A stretch of 64,000 bases of DNA. Origin: Bugula neritina (Eukaryota > Animalia > Bryozoa). A model generated the notes under the pieces. That model had not been told where the DNA came from. It was given only the letters and a program-made list of their open reading frames with translations, and made no database searches. This document shows, piece by piece, positions 26,801 to 38,400 of the stretch. The stretch is from contig OZ037765.1 of NCBI GenBank assembly GCA_964035545.1, positions 10,054,698-10,118,697 on the forward strand. Direction: 5' to 3'. Numbering within the stretch: the first letter of the stretch is position 1; each line of letters starts with the position of its first letter. The position numbers and the translations under genes were made by a program.

Positions 26801-28101
26801 ATATATGGATAGACAAAATAAGTAAGACTTGCTTTTCTAAAATTTTCAATGCAATCAAATTTAACCAAAATCAAATTCGAGTCCATGCAATAAAAAGCAA
26901 AGTGTATTTTCTTGAGCATTTCCCAATAAGGCTAATTCAGTCAATTAAAAACTTTTTCTAAATGGCTTTATACTCACTTTTGACAAACTCGGCAATGATC
27001 ATCATATTTAATGAAACCATCAGCGCTAAGTTCTTCTCGGATGCTATTAGACTCCAGGAAAAGGTTGCATAATGTTTCTAATACAGTCAAAACTTTATCT
27101 ACTGAGACATTTGGGTAATTCAAGTCGGAAATTATCTGCAATGCTGCCTCAAATTCAGTGGAGGAATCACTTCGTAAATATTCCATAATGACGTGAGAAT
27201 ACGTCATCGCATCATTGAAAAAGAATGAACTGTTAATGCTGTCTTTCAAATCAGAAGGTCCAAATGACGTCTGGTTATTGTCTTCTTCACGTAGAAGACT
27301 TTTTATTAAGCATGCATGAATCTCGTGGAGTAGTGGATTAAATTGAAATGGCTCATTTCCTCCAATAGACGCTAAGAACTCTTCAAATAAAAATGGTGAA
27401 AGTCTAATAATCTGACCATATATGCGCAGTACCTCATATACACCTGTAGCTCGCATCACCAGTTGTTTAGGAATAATAAGGTCATCAGAGCTTGGTGGAA
27501 GCTTCAATGGGGGCATGTTGGCTGGTGATGTTTCGGGCATAGGAGCATAAATAGATGGAATTGAAAGCTGGTCTGCATAATCAAGTTCAACAGGACAGCT
27601 GGTGTTAGAGTCTGTGTCTGCTACTGCGTGAGTGTCAAGTGGTAGGGCTGCAATGGAATCTGCTGCACTACTTTCCTCCAAATGTAGAGGATCGCTATCA
27701 TCTAGTTCTACCGAGTCAACACTGTCATTATCCGACCCTGGACCTGAGTTAGACACTAATGATTGTTTGATAGCCATTTTCAGTTCGTTATCAGATGATT
27801 GCTCAATATCACCATCTTCTGACTGAGAGTCCGAATCCAAGTCAGAATCAGGTGCTTTGTCAAATTCCAACACTTGCCTAATAAAATCCCTACTTGTCAT
27901 AGAACCAGCTCTTGCCTTGCTACTACGATGGTCACTACTAGCTGGCGTGCTAGAACGGGAATCCTCGGGGGTTTCCTTTACATCGACTCTAATCGAGGTT
28001 GTCCAGGTTTTGTCTACAGCTCTTTTCTTCTTTGCTGAGCTCGCTCGGGGCTTTTTCTCAGTTTTCTTGGGTTGAACCTTTTTCTTCTTTTTTGGAGGCA
28101 T
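8883..28101 (-). CDS. BPTF: Nucleosome-remodeling factor subunit BPTF/NURF301
   Basis: Multi-exon gene. Exon 1 encodes a DDT domain ([21 protein letters not shown]), followed by PHD ([19 protein letters not shown]) and WHIM/WSD ([13 protein letters not shown]). Conserved [13 protein letters not shown] and LELWEI blocks, two C-terminal PHD fingers, and a bromodomain ([22 protein letters not shown]). TGA at 8883. Confidence 0.96.
14835..15172. mobile_element. MITE with long TIRs and 4-bp TSD (Sola-like), copy 1
   Basis: Arms of >100 bp (gagtcactttacttaatttagtacacac ... gtgtgtgctaaataaagtaaaatgaccc), flanked on both sides by AAAT. Confidence 0.8.
15744..16175. mobile_element. PIF/Harbinger (Tourist-like) MITE
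   Basis: ~45-bp TIRs (gcgtagggccacacgatgcgttttacacgctcgtg / cacgagcgtgtaaaactcgtcgtgcggccctgcgc) with TAA directly on both sides. Confidence 0.85.
17817..18230. mobile_element. MITE, same family as 14835-15172, copy 2 (nearly whole-length palindrome)
   Basis: Termini ggatcattttacttaattt ... aacttaagtaaaatgacac. Shares the internal taggaaaaacc..aaatcaagcaaaatta. Flanks ATGC/ATGT. Confidence 0.8.
23649..23738. repeat. Coding 18-bp minisatellite x5 encoding (GMDGED)n in the BPTF acidic exon
   Basis: Five perfect copies of tcttcaccgtccattcca. Confidence 0.97.
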
Positions 28102-28460
28102 AATTTAACAGTGAATTTATTGCTAGAAAATTAAGCTAACGCTACTTAATGAGACTTTCATTCCTTAAGAGGGAAGCCCTAGTGAGCGCATTTATTACTT
28201 AAAAATCCAATGAAAATTACTAACAACCGCCATCTACAAAGATTTGGTCACGTGGTGTGAATGATTTGAACGTCATTTAGGTGCGGTCCTAATGTCTTGT
28301 AAGGGAGATAATTCTACTTGCTTTGGCACTAATTCGCAAAGTCCCGCTAGTCTCTCGTTCTGACGGAGTCAAAGGTTACAAATGCCATTATAGTGTACAC
28401 GCAACTGTATTCTTTGAACTGTGCAACAGCCAGACGTTTGACAAACCAAACTGAAACTAA
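28102..28460. promoter_or_regulatory. Bidirectional promoter BPTF/AIMP2
   Basis: Head-to-head genes. YY1-type CCGCCATCT at 28227-28235, E-box GGTCACGTGG at 28246-28255, local CpG enrichment, and a plus-strand UTR donor AAG|GTAAAT at ~28463. Confidence 0.65.
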
Positions 28461-28499
28461 AGGTAAATGAGTTTTTCCAAGCATAAAGTTGTAAGTTCT

Positions 28500-29230
28500 G
28501 CTTAGCCACTTACAGTTACTCTTAGGCTTTTTAGTTACTGTTAAACTGTTCAAGTACAAGGAGTAGCTGCAACTTTTAGTTAGGGTAACAAATACAATGA
28601 AATCAATTTACATTGGTATAAGCTGTAACTATAAGTATCAGTATAAACTATAATAAAGTTTTTAGTTTTACTTATCACTTATCAGTAATTCACAATTGTA
28701 AATCACTAAATGAATAATCACTATCAGTAATCACTAACTCTAAGTCTAATGTTGACCATCCTTATCATGTATTATACTTATAGTTATAGTAAATGTAATA
28801 CTAATAGTAATAGTAATAGTTAATAACTACAAGTTATAGTTATGCTAATACTAACACTAATAGTAATTATCTTAATAACTATAAGTGAATCTAATTCTAT
28901 TTCTAATACTTATTATTTATACTATCACTATGTTAATCACTTAATGTTATAGTTAAGTGTAAAATTAGTAAAACTAAATAGTAAATAGATATTAGTATCA
29001 CTATTAGATTCACTTTTGCTTTTAGTATCATATAATCATATTAATTCAATTACTAGGCTAAAGTAATTAGGGTTTTGATTTTCATTGTAAATTCACAATG
29101 AAAATAAAAATATACCACTTTATAGTGATAGGCTTAATCACTATTAGAGCTGAGTCAGAGGTGTGTCAAGTTCAAGTTAAGCTTGAAGTTTACTCATAGT
29201 GATAGACTTAGAGTTCAGACCAAAATTTTT
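28500..29230. repeat. Period-6 quasi-palindromic domain in AIMP2 5'-UTR intron
   Basis: tagtaa/tactaa/tcacta arrays. 13-bp inverted repeat 28883-28895/29003-29015. Confidence 0.85.
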
Positions 29231-29596
29231 CTTGTCAATTGACCTGGGACTAAGTCAACTGCATTTGATTTATTAAACATATCTACATTTGTTTTATTTG
29301 GTGGTAGCAGAGACTCAGAATAATAATATTGTTGACTGTGATAAATAAATCACTGAATTGGTATAACTAAAGTTAAGACTAAATTAATGCAAACCGCATA
29401 TGCGTTGTAGACCGGGTAGGGGACAAAATACCTGTAAAAACTTTAGGAAAGTATTATCTAGTAGCTATTGCTTTTCAGATTTTGTTTTAACGAGTTTAAA
29501 GTACCTTTCCATAGCAATTGTCTGTTTTAGGAACTATTCATTATTATTTAAACTTCTGAACACACCAAGCTCCAATTCTGATCAATAATGTAGCAC

Positions 29597-31068
29597 ATGA
29601 AGCCAGTGATGTCAGCAACCGTGGAACAGCTGCCCACCTGTATGTATAAAATGAAAAATATTTATTCAGAATGGTCCGACTCAACTCCATCTACTAAAGA
29701 TGATCTATTGATCTCAGCAGAGGTATGCAATAATTTTATGTATAAGTATATATATGAAGATTTCATTTTAGCAAATTTCTAAGTTGGCTATATTTGATAT
29801 TGGAATAATATATTTCTTTGTCACTTCAGCCTTCCTTACATATAAACATTTTTAACAACTTAATTTGTTATTTGTCTTGATCATATACTACGATTATATT
29901 TATATTTTATTCTAGAGCTTACTTCAGCGGCAGAATGCAGTAATTGCTAAGTTGGAAGCTCTACAAATAAAAATTAATTCAACATTAGAAGGTCATCAGT
30001 CTTCAGAAAGCTCAGCTCTGAATCTGTCTACAACTAAAGAATTAGTTCTGCCAAAAGTAATCAACTTAACTTAATGCATTTGGCTTTACTTCATATTTTG
30101 TAGAGCATTTATTCACGATGAATCAATGCGTCATCCGCCATTTTTGGTAACAACTTATTATTTATAACTTTTATTTTGTATTTGGTATGTTGAAATACTT
30201 AACTGTTGTAGGAGATTGTGATTACTTGTAATCCAACAGTGCCAGCTAGGGCCCTGCTGCAGATGATAACCAATATCAAGTCTAAGAAGAATGTTTTATG
30301 CGTGTTCTATACACATAACTCAGCAAAAAATGCACCTTGCTTGGATCTTTCTAAATATGGTTTTCAAACTGATATTCAAGCTGTTACTCGCTGTGATAAA
30401 GACATGGTTGTAACTTGGATTTGGAAAGAATGTAAGTACAGCTACAGTCACAACTTTTTTCAATTGTAACCTTCTTACAACCTTTTCTTGTTTTAAACTT
30501 AACCTATTTTACTTTTCATAATGAGATAAATTTTGTTATTTTGTTACCATTGTCTCTCATAAGTTCGTGAATATCTGAAAGCCAACTATATGAAATTATC
30601 TGTATTTGCCAAGTCCATAAAACTGGATGACTCCAGTAATAAGTGGCGTATTGCCAATGTATATGTGGCTTTTAGTATTTTGTTTTTGTTTGCATCACAG
30701 GTGATGAATGTGAAATGATGATATCTCCAATACAACAAATTAAGATTGTGAATGAAGCCAACATATGCAGATATTTGCTGAGAGTATTGGGTTCATACCC
30801 TAATGATGCTGCAGCTGCCTCTATAATGGATCAATGGTTAGATGCAGCAACAGACTTGGTAAAAGCCAAAAACTCTGAGAAAACATCAACGGTTGAGAAA
30901 ATATCCAACTATTTAAACAAATCTTCATTTATATCTGGAAATAAGATAGGGGTGGAAGATTTAGTTCTGCATTCAGCATTTATGCGAACTGTATCAGCAG
31001 AGAAATCAATAAAAGATAAAGTGTTGAGGCAATGGTGCTCAGCAGTAAGCAGTCATTTTATATTGTAA
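29597..31068 (+). CDS. AIMP2: Aminoacyl-tRNA synthetase complex-interacting multifunctional protein 2
   Basis: Exons 29597-29722, 29916-30056, 30212-30431, 30701-31068. LPTCMY motif, leucine zipper (LQRQNAVIAKLEAL), IVITCNP, VTWIWK, NEANICRYL and a GST-C-like tail. Confidence 0.9.
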
Positions 31069-31693
31069 AATTCAACCTTGCTAATTGGTGTGACTCAACT
31101 TTGTGAAAAATAAACCAGCTGACTACAGTATCATTCTTAGTATTTTATTAAATGAAAACCATTGGAGTTTCTCCAAAATATTAGTAGGTGCTATTTATTA
31201 GATAGAATATCAGAACATGAATTATGAAACATATTTTATGACAAAGTCTGTTTTACAACTATGCCACATAAACGGTGATGATGACATATTTATCTATAAA
31301 TTTGTAAGTTTGAAGTTGTTCCATGAAATACTCTAAAAAAAACTTCATAAATGTATAGATTTTAAATGAGCATAGCTTTACAATGCAAACTTTGAAGAAA
31401 TCTATGCCACAGAACAAAGATAACCCTCAATTTGAGAAATGAATTTTTGTGTGAATTTTTAATAAAGAGTGAAGTTGAAAATAGCCGATTGAATTCAGCT
31501 TAAAAGTAAGAGCTGAATTAGCACCCCTCAATAGGACCATTGCACAAAATGTTACTAATCAGTTATACAAACAAGCAAGTTACTACAGTTGCATCAGAGT
31601 CCAAAATCTCATTCATTAAAATAACAACAGCATTGAAAAATTGCCAACGGGCCCAATAAAAATAACTTGTAAATGGTATATGAATGTGTAAGG

Positions 31694-34678
31694 TTATGAT
31701 GTTTTGTAAGAAACCATAGTGTCAACTTTATGTATCAATGTGTTGAACGATCTAAGTTTAACTTCTTCAGAATTAGCTATAAACTGGGGCCCTGTCTCGC
31801 CCCATGTGTCGGGGACATCTATATCCTTGTCTGTGTAAACCAGCAAGTCAAAGTCACCTGGAAATTAGAAATAACAACAAATATAAACCTAGAGAAATAA
31901 GCCTGCACACATACATGTATCAATACTTTATGTGTAGAGTGCAGGAGATCCAACAGATTCATATGTACTTACAAGCAGTTTCTATTAACGGAAGAAATGT
32001 TACTGTGGCAGTTATTTGTCTAATGACCGCTTTGATCTCTGCATTCACTTCTTTCACAGACTTGGCAGACACTTTTTCAGATCTAAAATTCAATAGTGTG
32101 ACATAGAGTACTTACATTATGATTTACCAAATCCATCTAGTACAAAGTGTTCTAAAAATACAAGATCCATGAAAATTAATAACAATTGATAATGATGCTG
32201 ACAGATATAGGAAAATAGTAATGTTATTAGTTTTTTGTGCAATGCTAACACAGATTATTAGTGCCCCACGTGTTATGTTTTAATTTTCACTTAAAAAACT
32301 GCAAATTTTACCCAAAGAATAGGAAATTTGAACATAGTGAAAATACCCTAACTTATTATTATAATTCACAGACTGCACATTTCAAAAAAATGATATTCCT
32401 AGTTAGCACACACAGCCCAACATAGTTAAACAACTGATTTGGTGTACAGCTAAAACTTGTGAAATAAAAAATAAGGTAGCAACAAATGGGTAATGATACC
32501 ATACCCAGATTTAGGGCTAGTAGCATTGCTGTCGTTGCATTCAACATCAAACTGCCACCTTTCTAGAACTTCATTTGTGTCGATAGCCTTTATAACCACT
32601 ACTAGCTTCTGCACTGTCATTGCAGAAAGCCACATTTTTACCTGTCCCAAAACCTAAAGATAGACAGATAGCGCATTTAAACAAATTTTAAAAAAATCAG
32701 ACAAAATTCTGATAGTGCAAGAGGTGTCCGATTTGTAAAAAAGTTGATTTGGCTCCAAGATAATAAACAGACAATGCAATGATATTTATTACTGTCAACA
32801 GACTTAGGTCACAATGGTAATTTACTACTATTCAAATGGCTGATACCTACCTCATTGAGAAATGCTGTAAGTTTATCATCATCTGTGACCAAAAGAGTTA
32901 GGCCATATTTTTGACTTTGTTTGAAAGATTCTTCTGGATAAATACCACGCTGATATAAAATACTGTTAATTCCATAATCTGCAAAATTACATTCTATAAA
33001 CTTACAGTGTCTTTGAAATATTATTCAAAGTTGCTTTCTTCCAACCACAAAACATTAGGTTGGAGATAAACAAACCGCCTCAAATTATAAACAATGCGAT
33101 TTGTGCAAATAAATAAAAATTATATTAAGATTTTAAAATATATACTAAATGCAAGAACTTCCTATTAAACATTTTTTATCAACTTATTATTTTTCTGCAG
33201 TTGTATATTTCGCACCTTTGAAAATAAAGACAACTTACAAAATCTAGTGCAAGATCTAGTTGATATGCAAAAACTGCATAAGGCATGTTTTTTTCAGATT
33301 ACTTGACACTTCACAATAAACATGTAAACACAATTGGTAAGATAACATGTTTTGAAAGTTCTGCTAGTGAGTCAGTATCATTTTCACCACTACAAGCTTA
33401 GGAAATACAATCAATTGAAGTTTTAACTAGAGTTTAACTAGAGTCAAAAGTATAATCAAAGTACTGATTTTTAAAAACTTTCAACATAGCAATGAATATT
33501 ACAGCTTAGCTTATTTCTAAAACTCATACCAAAAACTTGTTGCAGTGATAGCAACTTGATGCATCTATCTGCTAACTACTAAAAGTATAAGTTAATATAA
33601 AGTAAGTATCTGTCTTAAACTGACCTAGTTGTTAACCAAACACCTAAGGCTACTCGTACCATTGGTCATAAACTCAAACTAAGTTAGTTGCACTTTCAAA
33701 TTTCAGGTTGCAGCCAGCAAGGCTATCACTGTCTAACTCTAGGTTTATCGACAGCTACAAAATACTATTACTGGTATAGGTACTGGTGCACGTAGTCTTA
33801 TAGTAACACTAACAGCGACTGTGTGGCAATCACTATCAGTTTGAGACTGAGATTAAATACAACTCGTGCTAATACTCTCACTCGCACTTAGACTTACGCA
33901 CATTAACACTGACTCAGTGACAGTCTTACAATCACCATGGCATGAACTATCACTATGATAAAGAGTTATGACTATCAGTATGAGTAAGTATCACTATCAG
34001 AGTACAAATATCGGTGTCAGCGTGAGACTCAGGCTGAGAGTAAGTGTGACTGTGATTGTCAAACCCACTCCCAGTGTGAATGTCATAATAATAATAATAA
34101 TAATGGCACAATCAGTCATAATTATAATGATGTCAAGTACAAAGTCAATCACTCAAAGTCAAACTAAATGAGTGGAACTAGATGTGATTCAATGTCCATT
34201 ATTGTCGCTGTGATTGGCATTCGTATAGGCTCTGACGCAAATTCAAAATCCTTAAATTTAATTCAATAAATATAATTCTTAATTGATTCAATAAGTATAA
34301 CTAGTCTAGTGTGAACGATCAATCTGAGTTACTAACTCTCTCTGACAGTGATATTCACATTGGCAATGACTGACTCTCATTAACTGTAAGACTAAGTGAC
34401 AAGTGTGACTGTGACGTTGACAGTGAGTACAAAGTCTGACACTCACACTGACACTGAGAGTCAGAGTGTCACTGTCACTGTCAGACTCAGTGTGACCGTG
34501 GGCGTGGCTTTGACACTTATTCTACCAGATAAATCACCCTAAAAGTCTATTAATAAAAAATAATGACATTGAAAAAAACAGCATTCAATTACATACGAAA
34601 GAATTCAGCCACAATTTCGGTAGAGCCTTTTAGAGTAATTCCCTGCTTCGTTCTCTGACTTGTTTTGGTAGCCGCCAT
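31694..34678 (-). CDS. MAD2L1: Mitotic spindle assembly checkpoint protein MAD2
   Basis: Five exons (34678-34597, 32978-32851, ~32653-32506, ~32082-31972, ~31857-31694). Motifs ITLKGSTEIVAEFF, GINSILYQRGIYP, EVLERWQF, IRQITATVTFLP, FDLLVYTD, HKVDTMVSYK. Confidence 0.97.
33720..34520. repeat. Period-6 quasi-palindromic domain (GC-richer form) in MAD2 intron 1
   Basis: actgtc/gacagt/gactca/actatc arrays. cactga-c-tcagtg at 33907-33919; tctgacagtga at 34341-34351 inverted at 34475-34485. Confidence 0.85.
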
Positions 34679-35412
34679 GGTTTTGAAAATTATAGACTGT
34701 GTAGTGTGTACTCAAGAGAGACCAGGAGTCGGATGAAAACGATGTAATGTTTCCCACAATTTAAATGTTTGTATTTTGGTGAATACAGTCTACGAAGTCG
34801 TTAGTTCTGACCATCGAACTCAACAATATATTGGTATATTCCAGCTCAGTGGTTCTGACGAGAATATAACTCCTTAAAAAGACAAGAGATGATAATTCGA
34901 AACATAATAAGTAAATTGACTATGCTTTTGCCTTTATTATACAGAGCAATATTGGGTAAATTGTGAAATAGTTAAAATAACGTTTGAATTTTGTACAACA
35001 AACGTGGACAACTAATCTCACACTGCATTAATTTACCTTGCTAGCTAGCTACTTGTTTATTCAACTACTAGTGCATCAATTGCTTGATCACAAGCTACCA
35101 CACATAGGGCCAAAATTTAGCAGTGGCACTTGCTATTGCTCTTACCTCAGTTTAGAAATGTAATATGCAAAAAAAAATTAGATGCATCTAAATTGTGTCC
35201 AAGAAGAAGCAGGTTATGTAAAAATATGCAATTTTTGTTTTCTATTGTTACATTTATAAGCTAATTCACTTGTAACTTTCTAATCTCCACACTTGATATT
35301 TAGAGAAATACTCCTATCAGCATTTGCAAGACATGTATTTGGCTTTTTGCATGTAATAGATTGTTAAAAATACAAATAAAATTTAATTTATAATATAGAA
35401 ATGTAGAAACAT

Positions 35413-38400
35413 TCAACTAGCATCATGAGTTTCATTCGGCAACTTTTCAGATATTTTTTCCAAAATCCGTGAAATATTGGAAGGTAATGCCTACAACAAA
35501 AATTAATAATTTATTTTATAAAACATAGGTGAGCAAGCGAAAAGTCTAGACATATAATACATACCAACTGCCAGTAAATATAGCTACACTAATATAGTTT
35601 ATATTTCCAGTGAAAACAGAAAAGTTCAACCTCAAAATTTTGAATAGAGTACTATCTTAAGTCTAGAGGTTTCCATAACTAAGATTATTAAACCTGCTCG
35701 AAGAGTATACTGTAAGTACAGCAAATTTACAATAAATATACAATATTTGCAAAGTATATGTACAGTGTACGCACAGTATATGTACAGTGTCTGCACAGTG
35801 TATGCGCATTGTGTGTTAAGTTATTAGTTACAACTATTATGTACAGTTATTACATACAGCAAAATATTCACAGCACATTATGCACAACATAGCACGTAAA
35901 TAAGGAGATACTCAGCATGATGTCTGACCTTCAACTTTTCAACTCTGAAGTCATCCTTGTCAGAATTATTCTCACTAATGACTACAAGCTTAGTAATTTC
36001 ACAGACACCTTCTAAAATAGCTTTGTCTATAGCTATCTGCATGTCTTTCACCTCTACTTTGTCAGGGAATTGATCCTGTAACAGTGAACAAAATCCATAT
36101 GGAATAGTATGGCAACTTTTCCTAAAAGTTTTTTTAGCATTTGGCAAATATGCAATTTATTTTAGTTCTAGTTTAGATCAAAGAGTTTCTAGACTTAGAT
36201 TAAAGAGACTACAAATAAATATTAATAACTCGACAGTCGTGAACTAGACCTATCTATGTTTCTATACACAGTAAATGAAAAATACAGCTTGCCTTATATT
36301 GGACAAAAACACATAACCCTGTTGAAAAGTTGAATCCAATTAAATTATTACAAATTATAATCTTGCACAATGAAACGCTGAATGATTATCAAAGTCATAC
36401 AAGCATGGCTAGATTCTAAGGAATTGACCGTATATTCTATAAGCAAGGTTACTCTTGTGTACAGATGCACTTTATGATGGTTATGGCCAATAAATAAGCT
36501 AAAAAATTCACCTGTAAGAAAACAGAGATCTAAATAAAGTAATAATAATTGATTAAAGTTCAGGTACCTCAAACCTATAGGACAGCCAGTTGTACAGGTC
36601 CATGGAGTCGTGCACAGCTTCAAGATGAGTGAGCTCATTGAGTGTGGTTGGCTTAGGTAGAGGCCAACCAATCTGCTCAGCCAACCACTTACCAGTGATT
36701 GGCTGGCCAGCTGAGAATTGTCGGGCGTATTTGAGTAGCATAGTAGTAACAAAGGCAGACTGCAGCGGGATGGGGGCACAGCAGAACACGTACCTACAAT
36801 TATATCATCATGAATACACTGAATGATACCACAGCTAACTGCAAGGTTTACAAATACGCTATCTGGTGAAATACTGCTTTTACATTATGATGAATTCAAT
36901 ACATTTCAAACCCCAATTTAAAAATTTATGACATCACTCTGTTACAACACTAGTTAGTTAAGATAAATCTAGACAATTATTCTAGAATATGAACAATAAA
37001 CTAGTGTAGTCCTCTAGACGAATGCTACAATACTGACCTGGTCCTAAGAGGCATTTCAATATGTTCAATAATCTCAGCAATTTGCTTGAATTGGTCTATT
37101 TGACACAGGAAGTATTTATCACCGTCTATGGTCATTAGTGACAAGAAGATATCTATAATATCTGACAGAGATGCGTGAGGTAGATAGTAACCATATAATT
37201 CTATCTACAACATACATTACATGTATAACTAACAAATGATTGCAAGACAAAATATTGTATTATATATTTCCAATATAATAAAATACATAACTTTGAATGC
37301 TCAAGTGTCAAGAATAATAGAGAAATATAAAATGCACACCGATATTGTTTAGAAACATAGCCCTCACCTGTATAATTATTATCCATTGCTATGTATACAT
37401 ACTGTTATCACATAAAAAAGCAAGAATCTTGCACTAACAACAACTTTGCAAAATAAAATTATTGTACCCAAAGAAAATGTCACATACACACATGAGAAAC
37501 TTACAAATTAAAAAATGCTTAAAGAAGACATTTTGAGTGTTGCATACCATGTCGGCGGTAGGATGAATGCCAGCTTTGTCTATAGGATTAATCTGTTTGT
37601 TCAGAAGATCATGCATCAACTCCAGGTCTTTTCCATGGAATGTTGTAACATAACCTGAATGATAGAACACCAAGCGTGTTTCATACACTCAACAGAATAT
37701 AATGAGAGTAGAAATACAACTAAATGCGTGGTAAATTATTTATAAATAAAACATGAATAAAATACCTTTGTCTTTATGTGTTGTACCATATCTGCCACAC
37801 CGCCCAGCAATCTGCAGGGCCTGTGAGGGTGAGATAACTGTGTTTATCTTAGAGCCTCGACTCTCTCTACACATTACAGAACAACAATTGGTTATACAAC
37901 AGCTAAATTATGACATAATAACCATAACATTTAAGAGTTCCTGAAAAAAATTGCTCACTATAACCTTTATAACAGGAGTTACTATGCTACATGCTTATAT
38001 GTAGCAACACATGTAGTCATAGGATAAAAAAACCCAAAGGAAATAGCATGCAATAAAATGTAATGTCTCATGGGGTTTCATTTACCAAAGCAACTCCAAT
38101 ACTTACTCTATTTTCAACAGAGAGTAGAAGATAACTCTTCTGATATTGAGATTTATTCCCATTCCAATGGCATCAGTTGCTATCAAGACTTTACAAGGAT
38201 CTTCAGGGTCATTAAATCTTGAAGCTTGAGCCAGCTTTGTGCCTAAATAGCACAGTTATCAATACATTAGAGCAAAACAGTGTACAGCAAGTTATTGTAA
38301 TTATAGGTATATATTCAAAGAAGAAACTTTTACAGTGGCTGTTCATTGTTAGATAAGATTTTCTGTGCGCAGAATGCTGAAACTTTACGCTCAAAAATGG

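Noticed and set aside
13129-28075. Plus-strand ORFs opposite BPTF (e.g. 13129, 20727, 23097, 24279, 27632)
   Set aside because: Antisense shadows of low-complexity coding exons.
29591-29593. TAG reassigned to Tyr (none of the six complete genes ends in TAG)
   Set aside because: No other in-frame TAG was seen in the exons read, Tyr uses TAT/TAC, and six stops is too small a sample.
33968-34171. 67-aa ORF with alternating residues
   Set aside because: By-product of the period-6 tract inside MAD2 intron 1.
34679-35412. SUV3-MAD2 operon or trans-splicing
   Set aside because: The ~730-bp gap has a CpG-containing promoter-like patch, and MAD2 has its own 5' textured domain. There is no positive evidence for polycistronic transcription.
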